From positions 1 through 64,000 of the forward strand of contig NIVC01001414.1 of NCBI GenBank assembly GCA_002269645.1: a stretch of 64,000 bases of DNA, given 5' to 3'. Of the stretch, positions 45,601 through 58,200 are shown in pieces (the stretch's first letter is position 1; each line of letters begins with the position of its first letter). The position numbers and the translations under genes were made by a program. The DNA comes from Macrostomum lignano (taxonomy: Eukaryota). The notes below the pieces were generated by a model. That model was not told where the DNA came from. It saw nothing but the letters and a program-made list of their open reading frames with translations, and did no database searches.

Positions 45601-47560
45601 GCTACAGCACACAGCTACAGCACACACAGCTACAGCACACAGCTACAGCACGCAGCTACAGCACGCAGCTACAGCACACAGCAACAGCACACAGCTACAG
45701 CACACACAGCTACAGCACACAGCTACAGCACGCAGCTACAGCACACAGCAACAGCACACAGCTACAGCACACAGCTACAGCACGCAGCTACAGCACACAG
45801 CAACAGCACACAGCTACAGCACACACAGCTACAGCACACAGCTACAGCACGCAGCTACAGCACGCAGCTACAGCACACAGCTACAGCACACAGCTACAGC
45901 ACGCAGCTACAGCACGCAGCTACAGCACACAGCAACAGCACACAGCTACAGCACACACAGCTACAGCACACACAGCTACAGCACACAGCTACAGCACGCA
46001 GCTACAGCACGCAGCTACAGCACACAGCTACAGCACACAGCTACAGCACGCAGCTACAGCACGCAGCTACAGCACACAGCTACAGCACACAGCTACAGCA
46101 CGCAGCTACAGCACGCAGCTACAGCACACAGCTACAGCACGCAGCTACAGCACGCAGCTACAGCACACAGCAACAGCACACAGCTACAGCACACACAGCT
46201 ACAGCCAGAAGAAGTGTTGTCATAGCACACACCGCTGAGAAAAATGCGAAGCTTTTCCAACCATTCCAGAGGACAAGTTGTCGCGGACCATGCTTATGAC
46301 GAGAAACTGAGTGACGATGAAGAAGATCCGTGAGTCAATGTTAATTGTGTCATGCAGAAACTGCTTAACAAATGTTCACTGATTAGTTAGAGCAATTGAA
46401 TGTTTCGTTATGTCAATTAAATACTTTTCAGAAACCTCAAAGGAGCCAAGTGTGTTAAGCAAGTTAGACATCAACTGTCAAGGTGCTTCTACATAATTTG
46501 CTTCTATAAATTTTGTGTTGTCAGTATAAAACCACATTGAGCATCTGCTGCATTCCAGGCACGAAGAAGATTTCTATCCAGTGACGAACCCGCAAGGCTA
46601 CTGCCTGATCATCAACATCAGCAAGTACGACTCTGGAAGTGATATCACACTCAGTCTTGCAGAGCGTCAAGGTTCAGATCGTGATGTTGACCGAGTGAAG
46701 CAGATATTCGAGAGGTTGCGCTTCATCGTCAAGATAAAAAAGGACCTCACTGCTGAGCAGTTGGATGATTTCCTCCATGAGATTAAAAAGTCACGGGACC
46801 TTGCCAAGCACGGCAGTTTTGTCTGCTTCTTGATGGCGCACGGCAGCCACGACTGCATCTACGGTAAGAACGGCGTGCCCTGCGAAATTCGAAACCTGAC
46901 GGAAAAGTTCAAGGTAAGCCACTATAGCTAATAATATCATGTTTGTTATTTTATGAGCGTATATAGGCAAGAACAGGGATATGAAAATTCCTAAGAATTC
47001 TTAAGAGTAGAAACCAATGATATTGAAACGAGAGTAATGTTTAGCCTGTTTTTCGTCTCTGCAAAAGGCTAGGCTAAACTGTACTCTTAGTTTATAAGGC
47101 CGAAGACTCCACTGCCAATACCATCGCATCACAGAGCTCTGTCTGCCGCAGCCTTGAAGGAAAGCCGAAGGTGTTCTTCATCCAGGCCTGTCGCGGCAGC
47201 CGTCGCGACCGAGCTGTTGCTCGGAGCTCTCGTGAGCAAACGGACGAGGCAGGCGCTCCGGTTTACAACTCCGCAATCCGCCCTGCAGAGGGCGACTTTC
47301 TGCTCTGCTACGCCACCACTCCAGGCTCAGCCGCCTTTAGAAACATCGACTCGGGCTCGCGGTACGTGCAGACTGTTTGCGAGTTCATCGAGAAGTACTT
47401 CCGTGAGCTCGACCTAATTACCATTATGACCAAGGTGAGCGGCTACTTGCACAAGAACCCGGTTCAGGTGAAAGGCGGCCTGTATCACGTTGTTCCGCAG
47501 AAAGTCGACCAGCTTTCAAGCCTGGTTAGCTTCGATCCAGATAGAGCTCGGAAAGCTTAG
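42603..47560 (+). CDS. Ankyrin-repeat caspase. Exons 42603-42656, 42800-43371, 44437-44491, 44565-45058, 46270-46329, 46559-46913, 47135 (or 47099)-47560
   Basis: GT-AG introns with consistent phases. Exons 1-4 are paralogous to the kinase gene. Caspase FYPVTNPQGYCLIIN, RQGSDRD, FLMAHG (His), GKPKVFFIQACRG (Cys), EGDFLLCYATTPGSAAFRN..GSRYVQ. Confidence 0.88.
43433..44303. mobile_element. Non-autonomous DNA transposon with long TIRs (>75 bp near-perfect, ~130 bp overall) in intron 2 of the ankyrin-caspase gene
   Basis: TAGGCCATATGAATATAATGAGCAACTGCTCCAACTCAAGCATTTACTCGGGCCTGTATGAATAAACTGAG is the reverse complement of 44230-44303; TA at both ends. Confidence 0.85.
45596..46204. repeat. (CACAGCTACAG/CGCAGCTACAG)n minisatellite in intron 4 of the ankyrin-caspase gene
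   Basis: Same family as 29321-29737. Confidence 0.95.
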
Positions 47561-49284
47561 AGGCTACTTAATGAAACTGTTTGGCGGTTTCTGAGACACC
47601 CAAGCAACATGTGAGTTTCCACACCGAAAGCAGTTCATGGGGACTGAGAACTGAAAGTGGCAGCTTCAATCCAACTCTAGCTATGACTCTCCACTCTCTC
47701 CTCACCTGCGGCCTTGTGACCAAAAATCGCATCACCCTCAGTTGAGATGAATTTCGTTATTTGGGGCTGAGATCTGAGAAAATTTGGCCACTGGTTTCGG
47801 GGTGGAAACTTTTACATGTTGCTGAGTGAGTAATATTTGAACTATACATATCTAAGTTTCGCTCTGCTTCCTGTAGCCTAGATAATCTAGATGTTTTTGG
47901 TTTTGATATACTATCTTTCTTGCTGTTGAAACACTGTTCTCCCGTTTACCCCAGCAGCCGAACTTTTCCTGTACTTGCAGCCCAATTGTTTTATTTTGTG
48001 CAGTGCCTATCCAGATTAAACCGCTCGGATGATTTACAAAAGTTTTTGCGCTACAATACTGAACAGTTATTTGCTTCTCTTGATTGCTGTGTTGCCATGG
48101 CCTTCAGCTCAAGCGCACTGTAAGCTCGTGTCTGGTATTCGGCTCCGATGTTCAATTAAGTGGATCTGCTTAACAATTCTCAATTACGTTAATTTTTGGC
48201 CCTTCTGCTCAAGCGCACTTTATCCTAATTGTTAATCGCCTCCCATGTCTACTTAGGTTGATCTGTTTAACCTTGTTTAATTTAAGTAGTTTTTTATAAT
48301 CGTTTTTTCCTTTCTGTTCAAGTTTTTAACCCTGTGATGAATTGATTCTGAACTACAAAAGTTTAATCAAAATCTTTCTGAAAAATAAACCTGTTTTTAT
48401 TTGTTTTATCCCGCGGTAAAAAACTTTTCATCGCAAACCAAATAAAATTGATTGTTGCTTGGTGACTCCTTGATGAGCAGTTGGCAACTGCAGGCACAGG
48501 TGCGCCATCGGATGCTTAGGAATGTGCCTGAGATATAAACTGCAGACAGATAAGAATAAAAAATAATAGAAAGATTGGTGGAACATCTGGCCAGTGGGTC
48601 AAAGCGAGGGTGGATTAATAAACTCTGTTCAATTGTATGCGTGCACGTGCAGCTGGCTAAGAGAGCCCTGTGAGCAGGACTGCTCAAGCTCGCAGCTGAA
48701 CAAAACACGAGCTGAGCGAGCATTTGCTACAAAATGCAACAAATGCTTGACAAGCCAGTGTTTTGTGAGCCAAAGGCAGGAAAATGAAACTGATGGAGAG
48801 GCGGACTCGAATGTGCAGTAGAATTGAATTTTTACAGATGCGCAACAAAACACAAGCTGAGCAGAGAGAGAGAGAGAGAGATGCAGAGCGAAGTGCATCG
48901 AAGAGACGCTAAAAAAACTGAGCGCCCACCCCACCCCGAGAGCCCAAGGCACGACTCAAGGCAGTGCAAGAGGTCTGTGACTCACTTTTGAGTAAAATAA
49001 ATGTACGTAGTATAGCGAATCTTCAGGTGCAAACAAATTTCCTGAAAAATTCAATCCAGCCCATCTCTTTCACGGCAAATAATATTCTTATGAGTACTAT
49101 AAGTAGATTATTGTAAGCAATATTGCTTGGGGAGATTTAAAAGTATTTTTGGACTGCTAGAATATACATCCACAAGGACAAAGAAGCGATGCATAGAGAT
49201 TGATGGCAGCTGCTGTACCGTGTTTTTTTCACGCTTTTAGAGGAAAGGTGGGTGTCCCTTCAGTATCGATATTAACCCCTCCAG

Positions 49285-49665
49285 CCCTGCACCCACCCTA
49301 CATCCCAGCCTGTCTCTCCCTGCCCCCACCCTGCATCCCAGCCTGCCTCTCTCCCTGCCCCTCACACTACATCCCAGCCTGTCTCTCCCTGCCCCTCACC
49401 CTGCATCCCAGCCTGTCTCTCCATGCCCCCACCCTACATCCCAGCCTGTCTCTCCATGCCCCCACCCTACATCCCAGCCTGTCTCTCTCCCTGCTCGTCA
49501 CCCTACATCCCAGCCTGTCTCTCCATGCCCCCACCCTACATCCCAGCCTGTCTCTCTCCCTGCCCCTCACCCTACATCCCAGCCTGTCTCTCTCCCTGCT
49601 CGTCACCCTACATCCCAGCCTGTCTCTCCCTGATCCTCGCCCTACATCCCAGCCTGTCTCTCTCC
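49285..49665. repeat. Pyrimidine-rich minisatellite (CCCTACATCCCAGCCTGTCTCTC... variants)
   Basis: Tandem degenerate copies. Confidence 0.9.
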
Positions 49666-49974
49666 CTAATTCTAAACGCCCAATTATGAGTGCAAGGCTC
49701 GCATCTGAAAACCCGCAGTGCCGAATATCCAAGGCAGCGAATTTTACAGTCACCGAGAACGCACAGGCGCAGTGCAAAGCAGTGAATGGTTTGAGAGGGT
49801 AGGGTTAGCGCTCAAGCAGTTTGTCTGTGCCGCTGTTAGGCAGCCATCAACCCCCCAGAAAAGCATTTGCTGCAAGTCTTCTTTTGTCACGCAAGAGAGA
49901 GGCTGCGAATTTGCTGATGCAGCTGCTGAGAGACTGTTGCTAATTAAGGAAACAGGTGGGGCGAACGGAGCGCA

Positions 49975-50200
49975 GAGATATGAGTCATGGCACATGAGCA
50001 ATGGCTGTGTGCATGAGATATGGGTCATGGCACATGAGCAATGGCTGTGTGCATGAGATATGGGTCATGGCACATGAGCAATGGCTGTGTGCATGAGATA
50101 TGGGTCATGGCACATGAGCAATGGCTGTGTGCATGAGATATGGGTCATGGCACATGAGCAATGGCTGTCTGCATGAGATAGGGGTTATGGCACATGAGCA
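49975..50200. repeat. 40-bp tandem repeat (~5 copies)
   Basis: GCATGAGATA recurs at 50011, 50051, 50091 and so on. Confidence 0.92.
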
Positions 50201-51259
50201 CCAATCCAAATCCCAAACGCACAAAATGATAAAGTCAGTCACACAGGCTGAGAACTTTCAGCAGTTTTATGAGTTGAGCTGTTTGAGATCTTGAAAAGTA
50301 CAAATTCAGATAAATTATTAATAATGTGAGAAATCTCATTGCACTGATGATTTGGGATTTGAGCACAAAAGAAAACACTGGGTGTGAGGCTGAGCTGTCA
50401 ACTCAATTCAGCTCTGATGGCAGCAGAGGCAAATGCAGATTAGCAGACAAAAATATGTCCCAATTAATAAATAGTAAACTGCACATACTTTACATTGCTG
50501 CACTGCAGTGCCATCCAATGTTGATGTGGCAGAGAAACTGAAACAGCAATTATTTGATCTGAGCAATGCAGGTGAATATAAATGATTAATGCAGAACTGC
50601 CGTGTCAGTCTGTTGCACCCAATAAATAAATCCAAAGATTATCAAAGGGTTACAAAATGCACACCTGAACTGTGTATAAGATTAGCAAAATAAGCTGTGA
50701 GTACAAAATGCAAAATTATTAATAAATTTATAAATAAACAGCATTTGAGCACAAAGCGCCATTGATGAGGTGCCACAGCAGGGTGAAGTGAAGGCAGCAA
50801 AGTCAGACACAAATTCATGCAGATTGCAGTCAAGCGAGCCATATTCAGTACTTGCAGTAGCACAGCTGGGTGCACCGGGTGCAGACTTGGTCAGTGAAAA
50901 GCGGGATGCTCAGGCGGTGCCCTCAGCGGCTCATTCGGAATTCCCCTGACAGCTGCGGGATTGAAAATGTTGTCCAATCAGCTCAGGGGTGTCCAATCAA
51001 TGTCTGCAGTGGATGGACAGTCCCATTGAAGACTCTGAATTGACCTGAACTACAAATGACCTCAGATGACCTCACGGACCTAATTATGACCTTAGATGAC
51101 CCCACAGACCTAATCGTGACCTTAGATGACCCCTAAAGACCTAATCATGACCTTATAGGACCCTAAAACTTGAACATCCTGGAATCCTGTAACTTAAACC
51201 GAAGTAACCCAGGCATCAAGAGCGTGACCTCAATCGACCCCGTCGACTCCCGCCCTTAC

Positions 51260-52198
51260 CCGCTCGGCGCCGCCTCCGCAGGCGCTTCGACTTCGCCCAC
51301 CGGGCCGCCGCCGCCGCCGCCGCAAAGCGTCAAAGCGTTATCAGCAAGCTGAGCATCGGCCAGTCTGGCCTCCAGAGCCGCCAGCTGCAGCCGGGCTTCA
51401 TCCCGCTCGGCTGTCAGGGCGGCGATGACGGCGTCCTGCTGGTCCAGCCTCGCCGTCGCCTCGCCCAGCCTCTCGTTCAGGCGGGCGACTCTCGCCTCGC
51501 CGCGGCGTCGGCACAGGTCGAGCTGGCGACTGGCGAGCTTGTTGGCTGTGCTCAGGTACTCAGTGAGGCGCTCTTCGTGCTGGTCCTGAGGGCATTGGGG
51601 CTGGGGTCTGCTGGGATCTGGGTGTGCTCAGGTGGGATCTGGATGTGCTCAGCTGGGATCTGGGTGTGCTCATGTCGGGTCTGGTTGTGCTCAGGTGGGA
51701 TCGGGGTGTGCTCAGCTGGGATCGGGGTGTGCTCAGCTGGGATCGGGGTGTGCTCAGGTGGGATCTGGATGTGCTCAGGTGGGATCTGGGTGTGCTCATG
51801 TCGGGTCTGGTTGTGCTCAGGTGGGATCGGGGTGTGCTCAGCTGGGATCGGGGTGTGCTCAGGTGGGATCTGGGTGTGCTCAGGTGGGATCTGGGTATGC
51901 TCAGGTGGGATCTGCTAGGGTCAGACATGCAGGATCTGCTGGGGTCTGACCGGACCTGCTGCCCCACTCACCAGCTGCTTGTCCTTCTGCTGCTGCAGCT
52001 GGGCCTCAAACCGTTCCTCCATGGTCTCCATCAGGCGGTCCCGCTCGGCGATCAGCTCCCGGCGGATCTGCAGCTCGCGGGCCTCCACCGCCTCGTCCAG
52101 CTGGCGGCGGGACTGCCGCAACGAGGCGATGACCGCCAGCAGCTCCTGGGGTGGAGTGGGGGACTGTGGCTTGTGAGGGTTACAGCTGACAGATAGGC

Positions 52199-52286
<88 letters not shown>

Positions 52287-55200
52287 TTCTTAATTATATG
52301 TCTATGGTCTCCGACTCCGAACCTGTACAACTAAGTTTTGTTTGAGCTGCGCCAGAGCTAAATTCAGTGTTAACCTTCTCTTGCTATCTTTCTTAAGACT
52401 CTCAATAAACGCCGAGTTATTATAATCAAATAAGACATAGGCCTAGTTCCTGTCTGGTAGTTCAAGATGAAGAACGTCCTGATGGAGCGAGAACTTTGGG
52501 AAGTTGTTGATGGTACAGAGACACTTGCTGAGGACGCGACCAACGAGGTCAAAGTGCAGTTCAAGCGGCGTGCGAACAAAGCCCTAGCGACTATCGTATT
52601 GGCTGTTGCGGATAGTCAAATTCATCTAATTGAGGATGCAGAAACTCCGAAGGAAGCGTGGGATAAGCTTCAAGCATATTTCGAGCAGAGTTCGCTGGCA
52701 AATAAATTGTATCATAATCGGAAACTACAAGCGCTCAAGATGGTGGAAGGTGCATCCATGCAGGAGCATGTTAATCAGTTCAAGGATATCGTCAAACGAC
52801 TGTCGGCTATCAGGGCAGGTGTTCCGAGGACTATCAAGTCACGATTTTGCTAAACAGTTTGCCGAAGTCATATGACGGGTTGATCACTGCTCTGGAATCG
52901 CGAGCGGGCGACTTGACGATGAATTTCGTACAATCAACAATCATCGTACTAAGACAATTCAACAATCAACAGCACCAGAGTGTCAGACCAAAATGTATCA
53001 AAGCAAGATTGGTAGCCAAAGGCAATCAAGGTTGTATTGCTCCAGCTAGAATCCTGTCTTCCACAGTCGTTCTAAGCACATTGATATCCGTCACCATTTC
53101 GAGCGTGGGAAGTTGGTCGGTGGAACTTTAACCTCTATTTGACTGCAGTTTTAGGCGCTTATAACCGTTCCCGACGGATAGGCCGAAAACAGCCATAGAC
53201 AGTTTTCAAATTTACGATCATAAATGTTGCTGCTACCACCGTTCCCGCCTAGATGAAGGAATGAAATTCTATTGATTATAAATATGGTTATATATAGCAG
53301 TCAGTAGTCCTTATACATAATATTTATATGGCCGTTTTCGGCCTCTAGTCGTCGGGAACGGCTGTGGTAAAAAATCCAACAAATCTGACCCATAGAGATT
53401 GATTTTATGCCGTCTAGCTTGGAGGTAGACAGAATGGACGAAAACGGCCATCCGTCTGCCTATGGTTAAAGTTACTTTACTGTCCGTCAGAGGAAATGGT
53501 CGCTGACATTCCCACCAAAAGCACTGTCTAATGCCAAGTTTCAAGTGCTCAAGGAACTGATTCATGTTCGCTAATAAACTGCTAACTTCTTTATCTAACT
53601 TTGATATTCAAGACACAATATGATTACAATATAAGACTTTCTTAATAGAGACACACAACAGACTCACAACAGATACACAGCAGACACAGAGCAGACACAG
53701 CAGACGCACAAGCAGACCCACCTCCTTATCCATCTGGGCCAAGTCCGCCATCTCAGCCTCCTCTTCATCAGCGTAAGTCACATCCAAAGCCTCGAGCTCA
53801 TCGTCCTCATCGGCCAGTCTCTGCTCCCCATCTTGTCTTCTCCCAGTCCTGACGCGGCCGCCGGCCCTCCCAGACGCCGCAGACTTGGACGCCACTCCGT
53901 ACCCAGGAGACGCGGTGGCAGCAGCCGCCAGCCGCAGGCGCTTGGGCGTTGGCTCGCTCACGATGACGCTGCGCGCCAAGCTGCTGAACTTCAGCGCGTT
54001 GAAGGTCTCGTCGAACAGCGCCGGGCACTGGGAGATGTTGACAATCATCGCCGCCTGCCCGCTGCCGCTGAAGTAGGGCTGCAGCAGGCGGGTGAGCTTC
54101 GAGTCCCGGAACGGCACCAGCATGGAGGCTCGGGATTTCGCTGATTTCTCTGCAGAGTCTCAACGCAGCGGCGCAGGGTCAGCAGGCTGGAGTTGATGCT
54201 GCCGGCCTCTCGGGTGCGCTCGCCTGCCGTGCCGGCGTGGCGCTGCCGCTCCGAGCCGGCGAGGTCGCAGAAGGTCAGGCTGGACACCTGCGGGACGGCG
54301 GGGCACTGGGATCTGGAATGGGGATATGGGTGATGGGAGATGGGATCTGGGAGATGGGATTTGGGATATGGGTTGTGGGAGGTGGGATGTGGGAGATGGG
54401 AGATGGAAGAAGGGATTTGGGAGAAGGGATCCGAGAGACGGAAGAGAGGATATGGGATTGGGGACCTGCGATTAAGGATTTGGGATTGATGATCTGGGAT
54501 TGGGGATCTGGAAGATGGGATGTGGGATAAGGACGATTATGATTTTGGAGATAAGATTTGGGAGATGGGATCTAGTATATAAGAGATTGGTTATGGGAGA
54601 TGGATCTGGGGTTGGGGATCTAGGGTTGGGGATCTGGGATTGGGGATCAGAGATTGGGGATCTGGGATGTGAGACGGAAGAAATGAGATGGTATAGTGTA
54701 CTATCATGTTGGGCTTCTCCTTTGCTCTCGCTTTAGCCTTCCCCCACGTGCCTCGGCATCGTTTGTACGCCCAAGCACTGTTACGCAACAGTGGCACGCT
54801 GTGCTCACTAGGCTCGCATGTACTCAAACTACTATATATATGCTTAAATATAAGGCCAAGAAAGCTCAATTCCGGCACCCACACAAGCGCACTACAGATG
54901 GGATGTGGGAGATGGGTGATGTGAGATGGCATTTTGGATCTGGGAGATGAGAGATGGGATTTGGGTGATGCGAGATGGAATCTGGGATTAAGGATTTGGG
55001 ATTGGAGATCTGGGATTGGGGATCTGGGATTGGGGATCTGGGATTGGGGATCTGGGATTGGGAATCTGGGATTGGGAATCTGGGATTGGGGATCTAGGAT
55101 TGGGGATCTGGTGCCAAAGGCAGTGAGTGAGCAAAGGACTCGGCCCCGCAAACCTTCTCACCTGACTGAAGCGAGGCGAAGGTCTGTCAGCGCAGCGCAC

Positions 55201-58200
55201 CAACCTGATGGAGAACAGCGCGTGACTCCTGGAAGACTGCTGGTTCAGCTTGGTGGCAGCCAGGTGCTGATTGTGTTTGCCTAGCAGCGCCAACCTGAAG
55301 GCCTCATCAGCGCTTGACACCGGCAGGCAGCGAAGGCCTTTGACGTACACGGAGCCCGTGCGGTCCGCCCGCAGCTCCAAGGCCGTCCTGCTGGGCGCCC
55401 GACGGCTCAGCGGCTCCAGCAGGTCGTAGACGATTTCGTTGTAGATCTCGGCGCAGGACACCCACACTGAGCAGCGGCTGCCGACTTTGCCAGCGGCTGT
55501 GGTGTCTGCGGCATCAGCTGGGAGCTGCGGACTCGGGCTGGGGAGCTGCAGAGCCGCTCGCCTGCGAATGTTTCAGCGTTTGAGCAGAGATGGCTGCTGG
55601 GATGAAGCTGGGATGGCTGCGGCTTCAGGGTGAGGGCCAAGGACTCAAGAGGAACTGCTCAGACTGTGCAGGGACTGCTCAAAGGAGAACTGCTCAGACT
55701 GTGCAGGGACTGCTCAAACGGGAACTGCTCAGACTGTGCAGGGACTGCTCAAAGGGGAACTGCTCAGCCTGTGCAGGGACTGCTCAAAGGGGAACTGCTC
55801 AGACTGTGCAGGGACTGCTCAAAGGGGAACTGCTCAGATTGCAGGGACTGCTCAAAGGGGAACTGCTCAAACTGTGCAGGGACTGCTCAAAGGGGAACTG
55901 CTCAGCCTGTGCAGGGACTGCTCAAAGGGGAACTGCTCAGACTGTGCAGGGACTGCTCAAAGGGGAACTGCTCAGACTGTGCAGGGACTGCTCAAAGGGG
56001 AACTGCTCAGACTGCAGGGACTGCTCAAAGGGGAACTGCTCAGACTGTGCAGGGACTGCTCAAAGGGGAACTGCTCAGACTGTGCAGGGACTGCTCAAAG
56101 GGGAACTGCTCAGACTGCAGGGACTGCTCAAAGGGGAACTGCTCAAACTGTGCAGGGACTGCTCAAAGGGGAACTGCTCAGACTGTGCAGGGACTGCTCA
56201 AAGGGGAACTGCTCAGACTGCAGGGACTGCTCAAAGGGGAACTGCTCAGACTGTGCAGGGACTGCTCAAAGGGGAACTGCTCAGACTGTGCAGGGACTGC
56301 TCAAAAGGGGAACTGCTCAGACTGTGCAAGGAATGCTCAAAGGGGAACTGCTCATAAACAATCGTGATTGATGATGTTTGCCACCCCAGCCTCACCAGTC
56401 CCCAAGCTGGGCATCGCAGGCCTCAAACCGACTCAATACTGCTCGAGTCTCCGCCAGCGCCGCCCTGGCCTCATCCGGCGCCAGCGGGGCAGCCTCGCTG
56501 AAGCTGACCGGCCGGAACGGCAGCAGCTGCTCGGCGCCGCTCAGCTGACCGTCAAGGCGCCGGAACAGGTCGGCGAGGGCGCGCGGCAGCAGGCCGGGAG
56601 ACTGAGGGGTGCCCTGGGAAAATAACGGAGGCGCTAATTAATGCCAAGTTTAACAAAGTTTCAAGCCGCGCACTGACTAATCGCAACCGCTTTTGCTTAA
56701 CTTTGCCTGAATTATAGTTAAACATACGCTAACACGGGGGTTGGCAAAGTTTTATATTGCAAAAATGCCACATGAAAAATCTAGCACATGACGGCAGGCC
56801 GGGCCCGAGGATTGAGGAGGAAAGAAGGGAGAGGAGAGGAGAGAAGGGAGGAGAGGAGAAAAGGGAGAGGGGAGGAGAGAGGAGAGAAGGGAGAGGAGAG
56901 AAGAGAGAGGAGAGGAGAGAAGGGAGAGGAGAGGAGAGGAGAGGAGAGAAGGGAGAGGGGAGGATAGAGGAGAGAAGGGAGAGGAGGGGAGAGAAGGGAG
57001 AGGACAGGAGAGAAGGGAGAGGAGAGGGGAGAAGGGAGAGAAGAGAAGAGAAGGGAGAGGAGAGGAGAGGAGAGGAGAGGAGAGAAGAGAAGGGAGGAGA
57101 ATAGAAGAGAGGAGAGAAGAGAGGGGAGAAGGGAGAGAAGAGGAGAGAGGAGAGAAAGGAGAGGAGAGGAGAGAAGGGAGAGGAGAGGAGAGAAGGGAGA
57201 GGAAATTGAACAGATTTGAGATGAGACACAGACCCTGAACGGAAGTTTCGAAGGACCAAAAGGCCGGGTAGAAACTTGGCGGGCCGCGTATGGCCCGCGG
57301 GACGGAGTTTGCCGACCCCTACTCTAAATTAATTGATAATTGAATACACCTGGCCTAATGGGCAGATGTGCAACCGACAGCTCAGCCGCAGCTATTGCGC
57401 GGCGCATCTAAAGGCTGCGTACGGCTGTTCAGTCCAAGGACTGGGGGTCGCCACACACACCCTCAATTACCCCAGCTAATGCTGGCACCCATTTTACAGC
57501 TGGCTCAAGGATACAAATTGTTCCGAGTGGGTCGAGAATCGAACCCCCGACCTTCAAGTCGTGAGTCAGACACTCTGATCACTGAGCTACAACCCCAGTT
57601 TTGATTTTTCAACTTAAAAGTGGCCAACACTGCATAGAAGACTCACCTGCACTGTAAAAGTCTTTCCCGAGCTTGTCACCCCATAGTTGAACAGCAATCC
57701 ACTGCTCAGATCGCCCTCAGCCAGCTGGCGCACCGTCTCAGCCACCGTGCCCGCGTACAGGCCCTGCTGATCTGCCGTCTCATCGAACACGCCACTAAAT
57801 GTGAACCTGTTGCTCACCCGCTCGCCTCCACCGCCTCCTCCCCCGTTTGCTGAGGCAGAATTCGATAATTTTGACTCGTCCAATCCAGTATTCGCCTGCT
57901 GACTCTGCAGCGTTGAGGGCTTCTGGCCACCAGCCAGCCGTTAGCGGAGTCTGCGGTGAAGCAGCGGCCGGTGGGGCTGCTGAGGTCCAGGCCGGCGCAG
58001 GCGGTACAGCTGAGCTGCTCGTTGGGCGTCACTGGGCGAACTCGCAGGTACACCTGGGGGAGAGGATGGAAAGGGGTTGAAATACCTGATTAACTACTTC
58101 AGGGTGTCTTTGAGTCGTTACTTCTGAGACACCCTGGATGCGTTACACAGTTAGAGAACTACAGTTTTACAATCAAAACTCAGAGTAGCCTATATTGAAC

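Noticed and set aside
55590-56371. Cys-rich 211-255 aa ORFs on the plus strand
   Set aside because: They come from the 33/35-bp minisatellite inside a kinesin intron.
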